The notes beneath the pieces are model-generated. The model saw nothing but the letters and a program-made list of their open reading frames with translations. It ran no database searches and was not told the origin of the DNA. DNA of 64,000 bases from the human T2T-CHM13v2.0 reference genome, Homo sapiens, in assembly GCF_009914755.1 (NCBI RefSeq), contig NC_060925.1. The stretch is one strand, 5' to 3'. The translations under genes and the position numbers were made by a program. Positions 13,282-26,300 of the stretch are shown piece after piece (within the stretch, counting starts at the first letter, position 1; each line of letters begins with the position of its first letter).

Positions 13282-15565
13282 TGTATTAGTCCATTTTCAC
13301 ACTGCGGATAAAGACATATCCAAGACTTGGAAGAAAAAGAGGTTTAATTGGACTTACAGTTTCACATGGCTCAGGAGGCCTCAGAAGCATGGCAGGAGGT
13401 GAAATGTACCTCTTACATGGGGCAGCAAGAGAAAATGAGGAAGATGCAAGAGTGGAAACCCCTGATAAAACCATCAGATCTCATGAGACTTATTTACTAC
13501 CACAAGAACAGCATGTGGAAAACTGCCCCCATGATTCAAATTATCTCCCACTGGGTCCCTCCCACAACACATGGGAATTATGGGAGTACAATTTAAGATG
13601 AAATTTGGGTGGGGACACAGAGCTAAACCATATCATTCCACCCTTGGCCCCTTCAAATCTCATGTCCTCACATTTCAAAACCAATCATGCCTTCCCAACA
13701 GTCCCCCAAAGTCTTCATTCATTTCAGCATTAACCCAGAAGTCCACAGTCCAAAGTCTCATCTGAGACAAGGCAAGTCCCTTCCACCTATGAGCCTGTAA
13801 AATCAAAAGCAAGCTAATTTCTTCCTAGATACAATGGGGGTACAGGTATTCGCTAAATACGGCCATTCCAAATAGAAGAAACTGGCCAAAACAAAGGGGT
13901 TACAGGGTCCATGCAAGTCCAAAAATCCAGTGGGGCAGTCAAATTTTAAAGCTCCAAAATGATATCCTTTGACCTCAGATCTCACACCCACGTCACACTG
14001 ATGCAAGAGGTGGGTTACTATGGTCTTGGGAAGTTCTGCCCCTGTGGCTTTGTGGGGTACAGCCCCCCTCCCAGCTTCTTTCATGTGCTGGTGTTGAGTG
14101 TCTGTGGCTTTTCCAGGTGCACATTGTAAACTGCCAGTGGATCTACCATTCTGGGGTCTGGAGGATGGTGGTCCTCTTCTCACAGCTTCATTAGGTGGTG
14201 CCCCAGTAGGGACTCTGTGTGGGGGCTCCAACCCCACATTTCCCTTCTGCACTGTCCTAGCAGAGGTTCTCCATAAGTGCCCCGCCCCTGCAGCAAACTT
14301 CTACCTGGGCATCCAGGCATTTCCATACATCTTCTGAAATCTAGTCAGAAGTTCCCAAACCCCAATTCTTGACTTCTGTGTACCTGCAGGCTCAACACCA
14401 TATGGAAGCTGCTAAGGCTTGAGGCTTGCACCCTCAAGCCATGGCCCAAACTCTATGTTTAGCCCCTTTCAGTCATGGAAGGAGTGGCTGGTATTCAGGG
14501 CACCAAGTCCCTAAACTGCACACAGCACGGGGACCCTAGGCCCTTCCCATGAAACCACTTTCCTCCTCGGCCTCCAGGTCTGTGATGGGAGAGGCTGCCA
14601 CAAAGGTCTCTGACATACTCTGGAGACATTTTCCCCATTGCCTTGGGGATTAACATTTGACTCCTTGTTACTTATGCAAATTCCTGCAGCCAGCTTGAAT
14701 TTCTCCTCAGAAAATGGGATTTTCTTTTCTATCGCATTGTCAGGCTGTAAATTTTCTGAACTTTTATGCTCTGCTTCCCTTTTAAAACTGAACGCCTTTA
14801 GCAGCACCCAAGTCACCTCTGGAATGCTTTGTTGCTTAGAAATTTCTTCTGCCAGATACCCTAAATCATCTCTCTTAAGTTCAAATTTCCACAAATCCCT
14901 AGGGCAGGGGCAAAATGCTGCCAGTCTTTTTGCTAAAACATAACAAAAGTCACCTTTGCTCCAGTTCCCAACAAGTTCCTCATCTCCATCTGAGACCACC
15001 TCAGCCTGGACCTGATTGTCCATATTGCTATCAGGCTTTTGGTCAAAGCCATTCAACAAGTCTCCAGGAAGTTCCAAACTTTCCCACATTTTTCTGTCTT
15101 CTTCTGAGCCCTCCAAACTGTTCCAACCTCTGCCTGTTACCCAGTTCCAAAGTTGCTTCCACATTTTGGGGTATCTTTTCAGCAACACCCCATGACTGGT
15201 ACCAATTTACTGTATTAGTCTGTTTTCATGCTGCTGATAAATACACACCCGAGACTGGGAAGGAAAAGAGGTTTAAATGGATTTACAGTCCCACATGACT
15301 GGGGAGGCCTCCGAATCATGGTGGGAGGTGAAAGGCATTTCTAACATGGTGGTAGCAAGAGGAAATGAGGATGATGCAAGAGAGGAAACCCCTGATAAAA
15401 CCATCAGATCTCATAAGACTTATTCACTACAAAGAGAACAGTATGGGGGAAATCGCCTGCATGATTCAAATTATCTCTCACTGGGTCCCTCCCATAACAT
15501 GTGGGAATTATGGGAGTACAATTCAAGATGAGATCTGGGTGGGGACACAGAGCCAAACCATATCA
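13282..15565 (-). mobile_element. Complete THE1A-type MaLR provirus (LTR-int-LTR)
   Basis: Two approx. 355-bp LTRs (13282-13635 and 15211-15565), each tgtattagt...aaaccatatca on +, flank a 1575-bp THE1-int; on the minus strand the internal region begins gtaaattggtaccag after the 5' LTR. Confidence 0.96.
14511..15188 (-). pseudogene. THE1-int (MaLR gag-related) ORF remnant, 225 open codons
   Basis: GRGWNSLEGSEEDRKMWESLELP...LAAFCPCPRDLW...LAEEISKQQSI matches the MaLR internal ORF as I recall it. Confidence 0.8.
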
Positions 15566-18344
15566 TTGGTCATAGTACAAAATTAATAAAATGAAACTTA
15601 GAAAAGAACACAATCTTAGAATTATACTGCAGCTAAGATCATGCAGTTTCAAACTGCTGATCGTATAGATGAGGAAACTAATTCCCAGAGAGGCGAAATG
15701 ATTGACTTAGGGCCACTCAGCTTGCTTGTAACAGTGCTACGATTGAATTCTGTCTCGTTTTTCCAGTGTTATGTGACTATGCCTCGGTTATTCTCACTCA
15801 ATACTATCCCTAGATAGCCTCCATATTATGCCTCCAAATTGATTTTTAATTTGCTGAATTCTGAATAGATAATAAAAACTATGCTTATCAATGTGGAGTC
15901 CTATACCTAGTCCAAAACAAACAAACATAAATTGTTTGTATTAGTGCAGGATGGACAAGGCAGACATGTGAAAGAGACATTGGTTTTTTGGCAATAATAT
16001 GTCTCTAAAATGTGATTTGACTTCATAAAATACTAATTCAGTCTTAAATTGCATCAGTGAACAGGAGGCATTCGGATTGAGACAGGCTTTTGTTGCATTT
16101 TGTTCTGCAATGATCAGAGCACTTCTTTAATGGCCTATCCAGTGCTGGGCAGCACCTTAACAAACTAAAGAACATTAGTCATAGGACCACCTGAGTGAAA
16201 ATCTGGAAATCATGACAGAAATAGAATATGTGTTAAAACTGACATTGAGATTTTTTCACCTAGAGGGAGTAAGCATTTTATTTATGTGTGTGTTTGTTTA
16301 TTTGTTTGATACAACACAATAGTAAACAGCCATGAAGAAAAAGAGTGATTTATTTGTAATCATGTTCAGTTCTGTCTGAAGTGGTCTGAATTTTCTGTAA
16401 TAAACAGAGTCTGGTAAAGCTGAATTTTCTTTCTGATTAAAAACAGCATTAATCCTCTTTGCTTTTGTTAATCTAAAATGATCCAGTGCCTTTTTTTTCA
16501 AAAACCACAAAGAGTTGCATTTCTTTGTTTAGTACCTAAATATGTTACCCATTGAGCCAAAAGATATGACCCCCAGAAGCACTTTTATTCTTTCTACTGT
16601 TTGGCTGTATATGCAATCTGTGGTGAATGTTTGAATGTTTCTCAGTTAACCCTGCCTGGGTGTCTATAGATTTAAGAGTTACCCCATTATAGTCACAGGC
16701 CTGTGTTAAATCTGTTAAATAATTTTATTTCAAAGCATAATTTATTTTATTAATAAGTAATATATTATTTATACATGATGTCAGTAAGTAGCTCAAAAAA
16801 GACACTAAAAATAAAGTGGGAATTTTATCTTATTTTCTTTAAGTGTCTTTTGTTCACAAGGAGAATCATTTTAGGTCTTTTATAAAAATATTAGTTGGAA
16901 ATATTTTATTAGTTAAAACTTTCAAAGACTAATGAGTTGACATAAGAAAAGTTTTTATCCACCTTTCCTAAGTGAAGTATTGAAATTGAAATTGAAAGTA
17001 TTATTATGAACCACGCAGGAAGCCAATATTTTTAATGTTATCATGTTGAAATAAGACTAATAACTCACACTGATTTTCATCAGTGAAATAAGAGGATAGT
17101 TGAGTTCATTTGAAAAGCAAAGTATAAATATTGATGAATGCCTTTTGACTCTGTCATCTAAACTTCAACTTTAATGATAATATTATATGCACTGTCCACT
17201 ACTTTATATTTGTAACATGGACAATATATCTAATGGAGCATTTAGGTATAAAAATATAATTTTTAAATTTTTATATAATTCAACCAAATCTCTCTTTAAA
17301 GACCCTATGTGATTCAAATCAGAAGATGTAATAGTCATCAATTTTGAGTAAGTTTAGGAAATAAAGGTTTAAACTCAGTCATTTCAGATTTTCCTTAAAC
17401 CTCTTCTCCCTTGAATGCGTCTAATTTAGGGATAGTGAGTCCTAAAGTTGTTGAGAGATGGGTGAGAGAACACTGAGTCCTCGGTCACCAAATGTCTGTC
17501 GGTGTCCACAGGGTGTATCACTCTCTGCTGGCCCTTTCTGCCTCCACGGAGTTGTCCAAGTTGCCATCAGTCCACACATTCTCTGTTTTCTCAGCCTAAT
17601 TTCTCTCTCCCTACTTTCTCACACCTTTAAAAGGAGAAGTCATTTTGAGATGCTCTGCAAAATGCGCACTCTGCAAAATGAGAGACCAGGGAGCTGGATC
17701 AGGTTTCGTCTGGATTCAGTATGCTGATATTTCATGTCAACTATTACCATGGTTCAGGATTATCTAAAACTTTTCTCTCTTCCCTTTCATAAAATGGCAA
17801 GGTCTTTTCTGCTTAGAATTCCTTAGCTCTCTCCTGGTATTCTACCATTCATCTCCTGGAGCTGATGCCTCAGCTCTTTCAAGAGACCCTCACCTGAGTC
17901 TGACTTTCTTGCTTTCTTTTCCCATTCTCTTTCTCTCCAAGTTTTCAGAGGTGGTTTTTCCTTTATCCTTTTTAAAATTTTAATCTCATCTCCATTTAGA
18001 GCAGAGGAAAATGCTTTGCACTTTTCCAGCTCTTCTCTCTTAATCCTTGGACAGTCATATTTTCATAAAGCCAATAGTTTTCTGACATCATGATTTTCTG
18101 GCTCTGTCATACCTCTCCTTTGAGGCAATGGGAGCCTCAAGCCCTGTAGTAGCAAAGGAGTGAGGAAGGGGAGCACCAATGGGTTGAAAGACAATGTGTG
18201 TGCATGTTGCAGGGGTAGATAGGATGGGTGGGTAGCGAAGCCTGCTTAATATTTTGTAATATTGTTCTGTTATGTGTGCTTCATCATGCTTATTGGTTTA
18301 TTAGAGAAAATCAAATGCCTACGTGGAAAGAGAAACAGGTGTCT

Positions 18345-18470
18345 CTCACTGGAATGTAGCTTCCTGAGGTCAGGGACGTGCTTTGTTTTCTTCTATAACT
18401 TTAAAGCCATGCCTGGCACATAGCAGAAGCACTATAAATAAATCCAGGATTAATGGGTTGAAGGAATGCC
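18345..18470 (+). mobile_element. L2 3' end fragment
   Basis: ctggaatgtagcttcctgaggtcagggac...tgcctggcacatagcagaagcact. Confidence 0.7.
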
Positions 18471-19567
18471 CATTACATATCTAGATTGAAAGTGTTCTTA
18501 GGTTCAGCACTGTGCTTCAGAGTGGGCCTGAAAAGAAATTAAATGAATGAAAGCTCAATGTTAAAACAGGACTAAAGCTTTGATAATTTCAAAATGAGGA
18601 ATAGGTCCATTTTTAGACTGCACCTTTGAAGTGTTAGATATCTCAAGTGGGTCATTTTATGGTTGAACTCTCTGACAAATGTCTAAAATGTGACTACTGT
18701 GTTGAAGAATAGAGATTAATGTACTGTAGGCCACATTCCCTGCTGGTTCGCTGCAAATGGGTCTATGAGTGCCATGTATTGATCTTCTCAGCGCTGTGGG
18801 TGGCAAGAGCCCCTTGGCTACCACCTTTATCTGACAGAAGCCTCCTCCTTTTTCTCAATTTGTCATCTAAATGCATGGAGCAAGCAGGGTTGAGTCTAAT
18901 GTAAAAAGTCTGACCTATATTCAAGCTAATTCCTTCTAGCCTCAGCTTTTCTCTAAATGATAAATTATCAAGTATATAAATTGACTGCCACATAGGTAAC
19001 ATTCACTAATATCGGTCGTTATTTTTACTTTATATGTGGAAAGGCTGATTCTGAGCAATGCTGCATGTTACTTGCATGTTAGGTATGAAGTATATGTCAA
19101 CTTAAGCAGCAAAGACTTTCTCCTCATTTTAAAATATTAATTATTGCAACAAAAGCAGTAGCTTTGTTAAGCTACTTGCTAGAGCCTGAAAATGAATCTA
19201 TGCTATCGGTGTATAGATGAATATTTCACTTTATATTCTTTTAGTCCATTTCATCTAATACAACAACTACATCGAATAAATTGGAATTAAAATAAGACCT
19301 AGGATAATATATTATTTTACACTCTTTTAAATTGAAATTTATTTGTTCTTAACTGTTGTTATGCACTCTAATTTTGGTAGTATGTTGTGGCATATGCTTT
19401 AGGAAAATATTAATGACCTGGGATCTAAAATTAAATGGATGATTTGTATCAAAGGCAGTTCCAAACTATGAGCTAATACATTTAGTGAGAGATTACTAAG
19501 GACTTAAAAAATTCCTTGCTTATTCCTTTTCTCCATTAGGTTTCAATAGTTTATATATGCATAAAAT

Positions 19568-19883
<316 letters not shown>

Positions 19884-22369
19884 CCATTTATCTCATAGTT
19901 TGGTAGAATGAGAATCCTGGGCAACAATTTGTTTGAAAGCTGATAGCTGTATTTGAGAAATTGCAAAAGAAGGCTATAATTTGGATTTCTATTTTGAAAG
20001 ATGGCATAAACAATACTAGGAGTTCATTCTGGGAGAATATTATCTAAAGATATAATTAAGAAAATAATTTTGCATGAAAAAAGAAGGTCATTAAATAATA
20101 ATATTTAAATAATTTGTAAAGTTAGAGATCTTTTCTTGGTGTTATCTTTACCTTTAAGAAAGAAATGTGTTATATAATAGGGTAGTATAACTGGATCTGA
20201 ATTTTTTTTAAAATCCACAATTTGGATAAATTTTTGTAGGACCCAAGTGGAATAAATTGTTTAGTAATCGGTAGATTTCTGCTTAATGATTATCCTTGCA
20301 GAAGTCTAATGATATTTACAATTTCTACATTTATAGTTGCTCTTGCTGGCTGAATAAAATGTCATTTGTTGAGACTCACTGTTATCTTCCCCCTAAATTA
20401 TTTGGACTTTCTAAATTTTAAAATTAATGTTTATTCATTATTTAAAATCAAAATTCCATCAGAATTTTAACTCACTTATTTTTAGCACTATTCTTTTTCT
20501 TCTTGGCTATCTTTAAAAAACAGAGACTAAGTGACATTTAATTGTCCAAAAATGAAATAGTCAAGCCTGTTTGATACCTTTCTATAATTGATTAGGGCTA
20601 AATAAACAAAGAGGCAATATTTTCCTGCACTCTATTTGGTCAGCATAGTATAAAATTTTTTTTAGACATCAAAGGATTATTTTTATTAAATTCGAAGCCT
20701 GCCTAAACCACATAATTCCTTGGTTTTACCTCCAAATCATTTATATTGTACAAATCACTCAGGGCAGCAATAGTGAGTGATAAATAGTATAAATTTAAAA
20801 AGAAATGACTTCCAATCCATTCTAAAATATTTGCCTAGAGAATAGGTATAAGTAAGATAAGGGACTAATTTTAAATAATAATGCTGGTCCCTTCATTAGA
20901 GAAATAAATTAAATTGTCTTTAGATTTCCCACAGGCTGCCATTTACCATTATCCAGTTTTGATAATGAGTTTGAGCAGGTATTTTTCTCTTTGATTCAAA
21001 CTGATCTTCTAGTGAAAGAGCCCAAAGGGAAGTAATCTTCTTCAATTCAAATTTCCTATGCCAGGACCACTGACAACCCTGGCAACTGCAACCACTAAAG
21101 TCATTAAGTCGGATAATGGCTATTTACGTAAAGTTCACACAATTGTTAAATTGATTCCAGATGTCTAAATAATCTGCATGCACATTAGCAGGAAGTATAT
21201 CAAATATATACGTGTGTGTTCTATATACATTAACCTACCACCTGTCAGTTACATGAGAGTAGATAGCCCAGAAGTAATAAAGCCTTACCACATGTAAATT
21301 GTAGCTCTGAAGGCTACCTTCACTTACATGAGCTCAAATCCATATAGCTAACTCACCTTTACTTTTATCAAAATTGCTTTGAATTAAGGATGGGAGAAGA
21401 ACCTTGGATACGGACACATTAGTTACATTAAAATCAAGTCTGTTGTGAACCTAAGGTAAAAGCTGAGAGGAAGGTTTAAAAGCAGGTATTTTCTTTCCAT
21501 TATGCATTCCAAGAAAGGATTCTAGTTGTTGGGAATCTATCGTAATGCTCTTGCTGAAGGTTCCTCAAGTATAACTCGGGGTCTATGTCCCTACTGCTCT
21601 TTGGAAGAGAACAGAATTCTTTTAAAGATGTGGTCTACAGCATAAAGTATTATGTATTAGAAATATTGATTCATGTTTGTGAGTTCCCCTCCACAACTCT
21701 AATGAACAGATTATCCTAGATGTAAGATGATCTTTCAGTCCTGGTAGGGCTCTACAGTTGCCCTGAAATTACAGCTGTCTTAGGGAGAAATTTTCTTAAT
21801 TGCTTTAATGTAAAATTATTTATATGTATTTATTTATTTTCTACTTAGAATATTTTAGTTTATTTTTTGCCTTAGGGAAATTTTAAAATCACAATAATGT
21901 CTAATGTTCATAAATAGAGATTTTTAGATGTGATGCACTCAAGAATTTCCTAGGCGCTGTCTTTAAGGTTAACATACCTATCTGGGGCTAGCATGGTTTA
22001 GGGTCTTGAAGGACTGCAATAGCACTAGTAAAAGGAGGAAAAGAAGATGTACTCTTTTGGACAGAGGAATTTTTTTTCTATCTTCTGTTCAAAGAATAAA
22101 AGCAAATATGAAGGCATATAAAATATTTGGAAAACACACTCTAAATTTGGTGTATTCAATAAAGTATAAAAAGGATAAAATAATAAAAGCTGTTTTGCCG
22201 AAGGTAATATGAGTATCTTGTAGCTCTTCTCTTAAAGAAGTGATTCTGAAATGTTTTAGCATTTACTTTATCAGAATAATAAACTCATCAGATGAATGCC
22301 CCTGCACCCACTTCATATATAACTGACCACTGCCTAAAGCCATGGACTTCCTAGCAGAAATCTCTCCCT

Positions 22370-23010
22370 GATGTTCTATCTCCTATCCCAAACCATTTCA
22401 CAGTTTAGACAGGCAACTGAGGCAACTACACACAGATGTGATATATACCTCAAAAGTTTTGTAAGAAACTTTTATGGAGTTTCAGATGAGGGGAAGGCTT
22501 TGTCCTGTTGGAAGAATCTGAGAGTTCCATGCTGGAAATTTCATTTCAATTTGAACCAAGGAATGGACTACACTGGATCTCAATAGGAACAAGCTGGTTG
22601 AGCATATTCCAGACAAAGGACTAATGTGATCAAAAGATCAGAGAAAATAAATCTCTGACATGACTGGTGACCAGGTCAATTCATCAAACAGGTGGGTCAA
22701 GAAATAATGCCATTTGAAAAAAAAAAAACGTTAGAAAGTTGGTTGGGATTGCATTATAGATACCCCTGCATATCAGATTACATTTTGAAAGATTTTTGCT
22801 CTTCATAAAGGAAACTGTGGCAAATATTCAAAGAAATTTGTGATCTTATTAGAGCTGCATTAAGAAGATTAATATGATTAAATTCATAGGATGGAACAAG
22901 AAGAGAAACTAGAGGTGGGCAGAGAGAGGCAAAAGCCCAAACTAGGGTGGGGACATTGAGAATGGAAAGGAAGTGACATATTGTGAAAGAAAAAACACAA
23001 TTTGTGGTTA
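22370..23010 (-). mobile_element. L2 fragment
   Basis: Purine-rich antisense L2 phrases (agcatattccagacaaagga, tgtgatcttattagagctgcattaagaagattaat). Confidence 0.55.
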
Positions 23011-23029
23011 CTTAAATGTACAGAAAAAC

Positions 23030-23330
23030 AGCATAAGCAGATTCTTAATCAACAATTTGCCAATATTTGTTTTACATATTAATAGAGCCGAAGGGTGTTT
23101 TCATAGTTTTAGGAGGTGCTTCAAGAGATCTGTGCCATATCCTTCTCTGGAATGTTCACAGTGTTAACACATCAAAGTCTATGAGAACACCTGTGTAAAG
23201 ATACCAACTTAACTTTATTTCAGCAAGAAATTATCCAATTTATTCCAGTAGATATTGGCATGTCTGTAGTTGTATGTGGAACACCTATTCACAGTCTAAA
23301 AACCTAGTATTCTTTAGTACACACTTTCTG
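23030..23330. mobile_element. Probable hAT-Charlie-type DNA transposon remnant
   Basis: aaagtctatgagaacacctgtgtaaagataccaacttaactttattt resembles Charlie/MER non-autonomous elements; recognised by eye only. Confidence 0.35.
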
Positions 23331-26300
23331 GTGCTTAGAGCAATAACAAACATTAGCTGTCAGTTCTGCCTTTTGTTGAGACAGAGCCATACTTTCTTGT
23401 CATTTTTATTCCACACATGTCATTGCTTATCAGTGTGTGCTTATTGAGGGGAGGGGTAATTTTGAGCCATAACATAATTTATGTTATTGAATCATCAAAT
23501 ATTTTGAACTAGAAAATGTTCTAATCTAGCATCACTCAGTTAAAACTCTATTTGAAAATATCTTGGAAACATATAACAGAATGAAAACCATAAGAACAAA
23601 GACCATAAATCCAGAAAATAAAAATGAATGAAAAGATCAAGATATAATATACAAATGACAGTTAAACTTTTATAATTCCTTAATTTATGAAAAATAATTC
23701 AAATACATTTAGTATTTTACAAATGAGCAGGTAAAATAATTATGATTTTTAAAGGCTATATTAAGATATTATTTCTTTATAAGAAATGTAGACATAATAC
23801 TTATAATTTGTTTCTGCAGTTAATAATTAACATGGGTCTTTTTTTAGATGAAAAATCTTGAACATGTAAAGAAAAGTCTTGACATTATTTATTGTATTAG
23901 AATAAAGTACTAGAATTCTCTCATTCCTTATTAAAAAATTAAGCCTATGTTACCATGTTTGTCAATCTCATTTGATTTTCTATTCTTAGGTCTAAAGTTT
24001 CTAATAACAATTTAATGCATTTATCAGTAAAACACATGCTTAGAATCCAAATGTATTAAAATTTTTGCTAAAGTAAGCAAAATAGACAAATAATGAAATG
24101 TTTTTACTTTGATTTTTAGAAAAAAGGTAAAGAATTTTATTCTCTAAGAGAGCAAAACAAATTATCTTATGGTGACACTAAGACAGAAAAGAGTTTGTTT
24201 TCATTTCTGGTATTCTTTGCCAATGTTTGACAGTTGAATTTTTTTTCCAGATGAGAATTGTGCATCAATGTTCAAGTCCCAAGAGATGTTATCAGTCTGA
24301 ACAGCCCAGTGAACAAGTATTTGTGACTCTCCTTCCAAATGAAATGTTCTACAGAAAGGTGGAAGTGGTAAGAAACCGTTGAAACAGTGGTTAAGAAGGT
24401 AGGTCTTTGTGGTACTGATGGGAAATAGTCGTTAGGGGAAAGCTGCTTCACCACACAGGAAACAGAAAAACTCTTGAATGCATCTTGTCCAGCTGTGGCA
24501 GAAGAATTTACATAGATAACATTTTAAAACCAGAGAGTTTGTACTCAACTGGTGACCAAGAAACGGAGAGATGAAGGGCTGCAGGCAGAGAGTAGAAGGG
24601 AAATATTTTAAAGTTACAAGACTTACAAGCTGTGCATTTTGCAAATCACATAGCTACTTATCTTCTCAGAAAAGATGTTTAAAATAGAGACCTACACTTT
24701 ATCATATTGAAAACCAAGCAATCTCAATGAAGGTTTTTAAAAAAATGTTTACCAAACCAAAAGAAACTCAAGGAAGCATTTTATAAGCTAACAGAGCTAT
24801 TATTGAATGCCTTAAAATGGAAATATTTTTATTGTCTAATTATAGATATTGAAAAAGGTAGTAAGTATAAATATTCATAATAAATATTAAAATAGTAACA
24901 ACAAAGTTTGCCACTTTTTCTCACTTAAGAGGAACTGATTTGGTTTTGTGATTTCACTTAATTATAATGAAAATTCTATAAGCTCAGAACTGCCATCCAC
25001 ATATTATAGATGAGCAAACAGACTCACAAAGATTGAGGCTTTTGACCAAGCTCCTAGGGCTTAGGCTTTGAACTCAGATGTGATGGAGTCTGAAGCTTGT
25101 GCTTGTTAAACATTATTGTGCAACTCCCATCATAATAATTTGAACAGTAACAAAAATAAGTACATTCTGTGTTTGGTTCGTTCTCTCTTTTTTTAAGTTA
25201 TTTTATTCTTCTTCCAGCATGTCATATATATTATTCTCCATATAAGGAAATATAAGAATATATTCATCCTTATATAAAATGTTGGAAATGCTCTCTTGGA
25301 AAGGTTTCTTTGTGGCTTCTGGTTTTGTTCATTACTTTGCTTTTAATGATCATTATTATTATTCTTTCACAATATTGTAACATACTACCAGAGTCATTTT
25401 ATTGTAAACACTTTGAAAAACATACTTCAACAATAATATTGTGGCTATAACTCAAATTCTCACCCACACGGAAAAATTGTGTGTTTTTGCTATAAAATAT
25501 ACGTGGTAAAAAGAAGTGTGAAGTAGAAAATGACAACAAAGTTGCAATAAATTCATTAAAAGCATAATTCATTGGTCTTTCATTCTATTCTATTCATCTA
25601 GTGAATTTATCAGATTTTAAGTGGTTTCTTAAAGCACTTAAAGTAATTTCTTCAAGCAATCTAGATACTATTACTGGGGAAAAACATCTCAAAGGCAAAC
25701 ACTCTTAGTATATCAATCGCTAACTTGAGACCATGTCACATAAAATAGTTGATGTGCATATTCTTTACTTCTTTTTGCCTATTTCATGGGATCGCGTTTG
25801 CTAGGTACCCAGTCTAGCAAGAAAGCCCAGTTGACATTTCACCTTCTAATCAATATCTAAGCAAACATTTTGAACACTATCTTCTTTCTTCTCCTTCTTT
25901 CCCCGGTCTAAGTACTTCAGGCAGGTGCTATCTGATTTGTACGTGTTTTAGCCATCATTATACCTTTCATTTACATGAAGCCTAGTTCATTTCACATCTG
26001 AGGCCTCTTCCAGTTCACATAACTCTCCCAATTACTTCTTGAACATATGAAGAGTCAATCTCTCTTTCCTTTTTTAAAGTACTTAGAAAACTTCTTCATT
26101 TCCTAAATGTTTGGGTGTCATGTTCTAATTGAATTTTCATCAGGCTACAAGATAATTTAAAATGCTACTTTACTGATTTTCTATTTAGGTTAAATACTAC
26201 TTTCTAATAACATATTTCTGTGTGCTTTACAAGCATGCACAATTCATGCATGATGCTTGTTTAGTCTCTCCCAGAGCTAAGGCAGGCCAAAGAATGATTT

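Noticed and set aside
17820-18110. About 95-codon minus-strand frame with one stop (KREELEKCKAF...ELRHQLQEM)
   Set aside because: The strand is very purine-rich, so stops are naturally rare; I recognise no protein family and no full exon structure.
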